NCBI RefSeq assembly: GCF_002571385.2
Contig: NW_019218205.1
Location: forward strand, 132,570 to 196,569
Origin: Stylophora pistillata
Taxonomy: Eukaryota
Direction: 5' to 3'
DNA length: 64,000 bases
In this document: positions 63,001-64,000 of the stretch, piece after piece
How the letters are laid out: each line of letters starts with the position of its first letter
Numbering within the stretch: the first letter of the stretch is position 1
Made by a program: the position numbers and the translations under genes
Notes under the pieces: model-generated
What the model was told of the DNA's origin: nothing
The model's database searches: none
What the model saw: the letters and a program-made list of their open reading frames with translations, nothing else

Positions 63001-64000
63001 TTTAAGAAACTTATCATTTTGTTTCCCTTTATAATAAATATATCATTCATGTACCTGAGAGTGAATATTTGGACTCAACACTTTCAAAAGGATCCTTTGC
63101 AGTGTTACTGGAAAAAAAAATTCACAGAAAGAAACTTTAAGCCATATAATTGGATCCGGAGTTACTACTCACATGATAACATCTTTTTAAATCTCTAACG
63201 TGATGAAATATCTTCTTTTTACCTGGGGATGATAACAAAGCAAAGAAATGATCCCCACTAGGTGGACTGCAATTCTAGAAATTGCAGAGAAGAAGCCTGA
63301 AAACATTTAGGGTTTGACAAATTTTGAAAACCCTGCCTCCCAGATATTAGCAGTGTCCACCTGGAGGCACAGGATTAAATCGCCTCAATTGCTAACATTT
63401 CAGTCTATCTGTGAGGACCATTTCTTAGCTTGAATCTTATCTCTGAGACCAGGGGAATAATAGGTAAAAATAAAAATCTACTCCCGAATAATCTGAAATG
63501 AGACGAACAACCTATAATACAAAGTTTTTTTCACTATTATCAGAAAATTTTTCATAATGATTGTAATTAAAGACCACAAAGCTAGTGAATAAATCTGCAA
63601 AAATATTCTCTCCAAAAAACATGTAATTTTGTTTAATTTCTAAAAGTTACAAAAGTGCTCACATTTTATAATTGCAGAAGTCACATTCTTTAGCACTGGA
63701 CTGAATCAACTCTGCAAGACTGAAAAGATACTAAAAAGTAATGAATTGCCTTTATCAGCTCAATATCTTTCATATCAGGAGGGTAACATTTCATTTATCA
63801 AAAGAAATTTCTGGGCTGCACTGGCAAACATGTAAAACACTTTACCTTGAACATCAAGAATAATGAAGAAGTAAGTAAAGGAAAATAAGTCACCATGTCG
63901 ACACCCTTAAATTTACTTACAATTTCTTGGTTTCCTCGGTAGCTCCTCCTCCTGCACCTGGCCGTTTCGCACGAAGAGGATTAAACACAGTGGATTCTTG
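51088..64000 (-). CDS. Multi-exon GalT-fold / HIT-superfamily nucleotide hydrolase or transferase-like protein (5' part outside window; 300 aa recovered)
   Basis: Exons (minus): >64000-63921, 63719-63663, 63107-63055, 62033-61951, 56085-56054, 54880-54750, 54553-54471, 53313-53254, 52647-52563, 52455-52397, 51814-51747, 51292-51256, 51162-51088. All 12 introns are GT-AG and phase-consistent; 903 nt = 300 aa + TAA. Motifs FNPLRAKRP, CDFC, SNTFK, WDILPRASASQVHPHLH. Confidence 0.9.
51962..52205. mobile_element. Inverted pair of Penelope ends, intronic; plus-strand hammerhead with canonical CTGACGA core at 52110-52143
   Basis: TTTGGCTTTATCAACTGA..GTAAATTAGCCACC..GACGTTTCGAGCGTT mirrored by AACGCTCGAAACGTC..GGTGGCTAATTTAC..TCAGTTGATAAAGCCAAA. 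Confidence 0.8.
53540..53778. repeat. Almost pure G/A low-complexity tract (polypyrimidine on the transcribed strand)
   Basis: About 240 bp of G and A runs with an internal ~80-bp periodicity. Confidence 0.9.
53893..54106 (+). mobile_element. TTAA (piggyBac-like) MITE, best-preserved copy
   Basis: TTAA-CCCTTT...AAAGGG-TTAA with exact TTAA duplication. A further copy lies at about 55770-55976. Confidence 0.8.
54121..54428 (+). repeat. Decayed hairpin-type element
   Basis: GTGAATAGTGGTGGATA..TATCCATCACTTTCAC fold-back, second hairpin TCGGAGGTG..CACCTCCGA, and CCAATCA at 54382. Confidence 0.5.
55496..55641. repeat. Array of TTACAAAGTGCGACA-like motifs (probable subterminal repeats of a non-autonomous DNA transposon)
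   Basis: About 7 imperfect copies at ~20-bp spacing, ending in ACA. Confidence 0.55.
57728..57779. repeat. (AAAAG)n microsatellite
   Basis: Read directly from sequence. Confidence 0.9.
58349..59305 (+). CDS. Atypical class A GPCR, 318 aa, nested antisense in an intron of the GalT/HIT-like gene
   Basis: 7TM; GLAITD (TM2); AQY in place of DRY; CSQP (TM6); DPFLFAWR in place of NPxxY; basic helix 8. ORF is intact. Confidence 0.9.
   Translation: MNSTFNITDVDQPNLGAVFLVSGSFLAVICPLTVLANVLLLIAIYKDPFKTFRTPTACFLVGLAITDVATGLVPEPMVTSCYFMHHHQHSGVERCEKIFNIAGIIAAITTNSSFLIVMAFTFAQYVAIAFPLKYKPFISVRKTLLCVACIWVYSTLFEMSQTVGVPKELVEKIDLYIHSTLSLLFTILTYALLQRAFRKQMTARSATLHTTNSVSMSTTLELHPRKQRRKSKPMIERNFVRLNILLIVVLLLCSQPTAILWYIYLYADEDTKNSQTLFVVRVIADNTLYLKFFLDPFLFAWRLPKYRKALRAALSRRK
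59609..59784. mobile_element. hAT-like MITE
   Basis: Inverted ends CCGGGTTCGACATTAACT / AGTTAGTGTCGAGCCCTG; internal ACTAGCCA/TGGCTAGT repeats; no clear TSD. Confidence 0.6.
60700..61715 (+). mobile_element. Penelope-like retroelement: RT C-terminal region, Cys-rich linker, GIY-YIG endonuclease, 3' region with hammerhead (61626-61659)
   Basis: Frame open from the gap edge (SHVKNSIPFSQFLRLRRLCS) to the stop at 61531; CARARCKTC, NVIYCITC..C, IYIGETGRRLGDRFREH, PVARHF, GIN. Confidence 0.93.
62738..62955. mobile_element. Inverted pair of ends from a second Penelope-like family, each with a damaged hammerhead motif
   Basis: Minus: AGAA-GACT-AGCAGTATGC-AGTC-GAAACGTCG (62770-62740). Plus: CTGAAGACTAGCAGTATGAAGTCGAAACATCG (62923-62954). 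Confidence 0.6.

Noticed and set aside
7377-64000. Functional cluster linking the sulfotransferase and the HIT enzyme through APS/PAPS metabolism
   Set aside because: The genes are more than 40 kb apart with unrelated genes between; proximity in an animal genome is not evidence.

Overview
Eukaryotic, AT-rich genomic DNA. Gene families and repeat landscape point to a cnidarian, most likely a stony coral (inference). Left to right: a disabled HEPN/coiled-coil/STAND-NTPase/TPR (NLR-like) gene; a 3' LINE fragment; a two-coding-exon Golgi carbohydrate sulfotransferase; two paralogous single-exon class A GPCRs (-); a tandem duplication of a membrane-anchored beta-lactamase-family (LACTBL1-like) gene, one copy frameshifted and one intact; a third GPCR (+); and a minus-strand gene of at least 13 small exons (51088 to beyond 64000) that the ORF track does not recover as a gene. 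I spliced it by hand into 300 aa with every intron phase consistent. It is a GalT-fold/HIT-superfamily protein with a hydrolase-type HxHxH motif. Its 5.9-kb intron holds an antisense atypical GPCR and a Penelope-like retroelement (PLE). Intergenic DNA carries many PLE ends with minimal hammerhead-ribozyme motifs (three families), several MITEs, and long hairpin elements with tandem G-A mismatches. Assembly gaps lie at about 50939-50959, 53338-53351 and 60362-60699. All calls come from reading the sequence; no searches were run.
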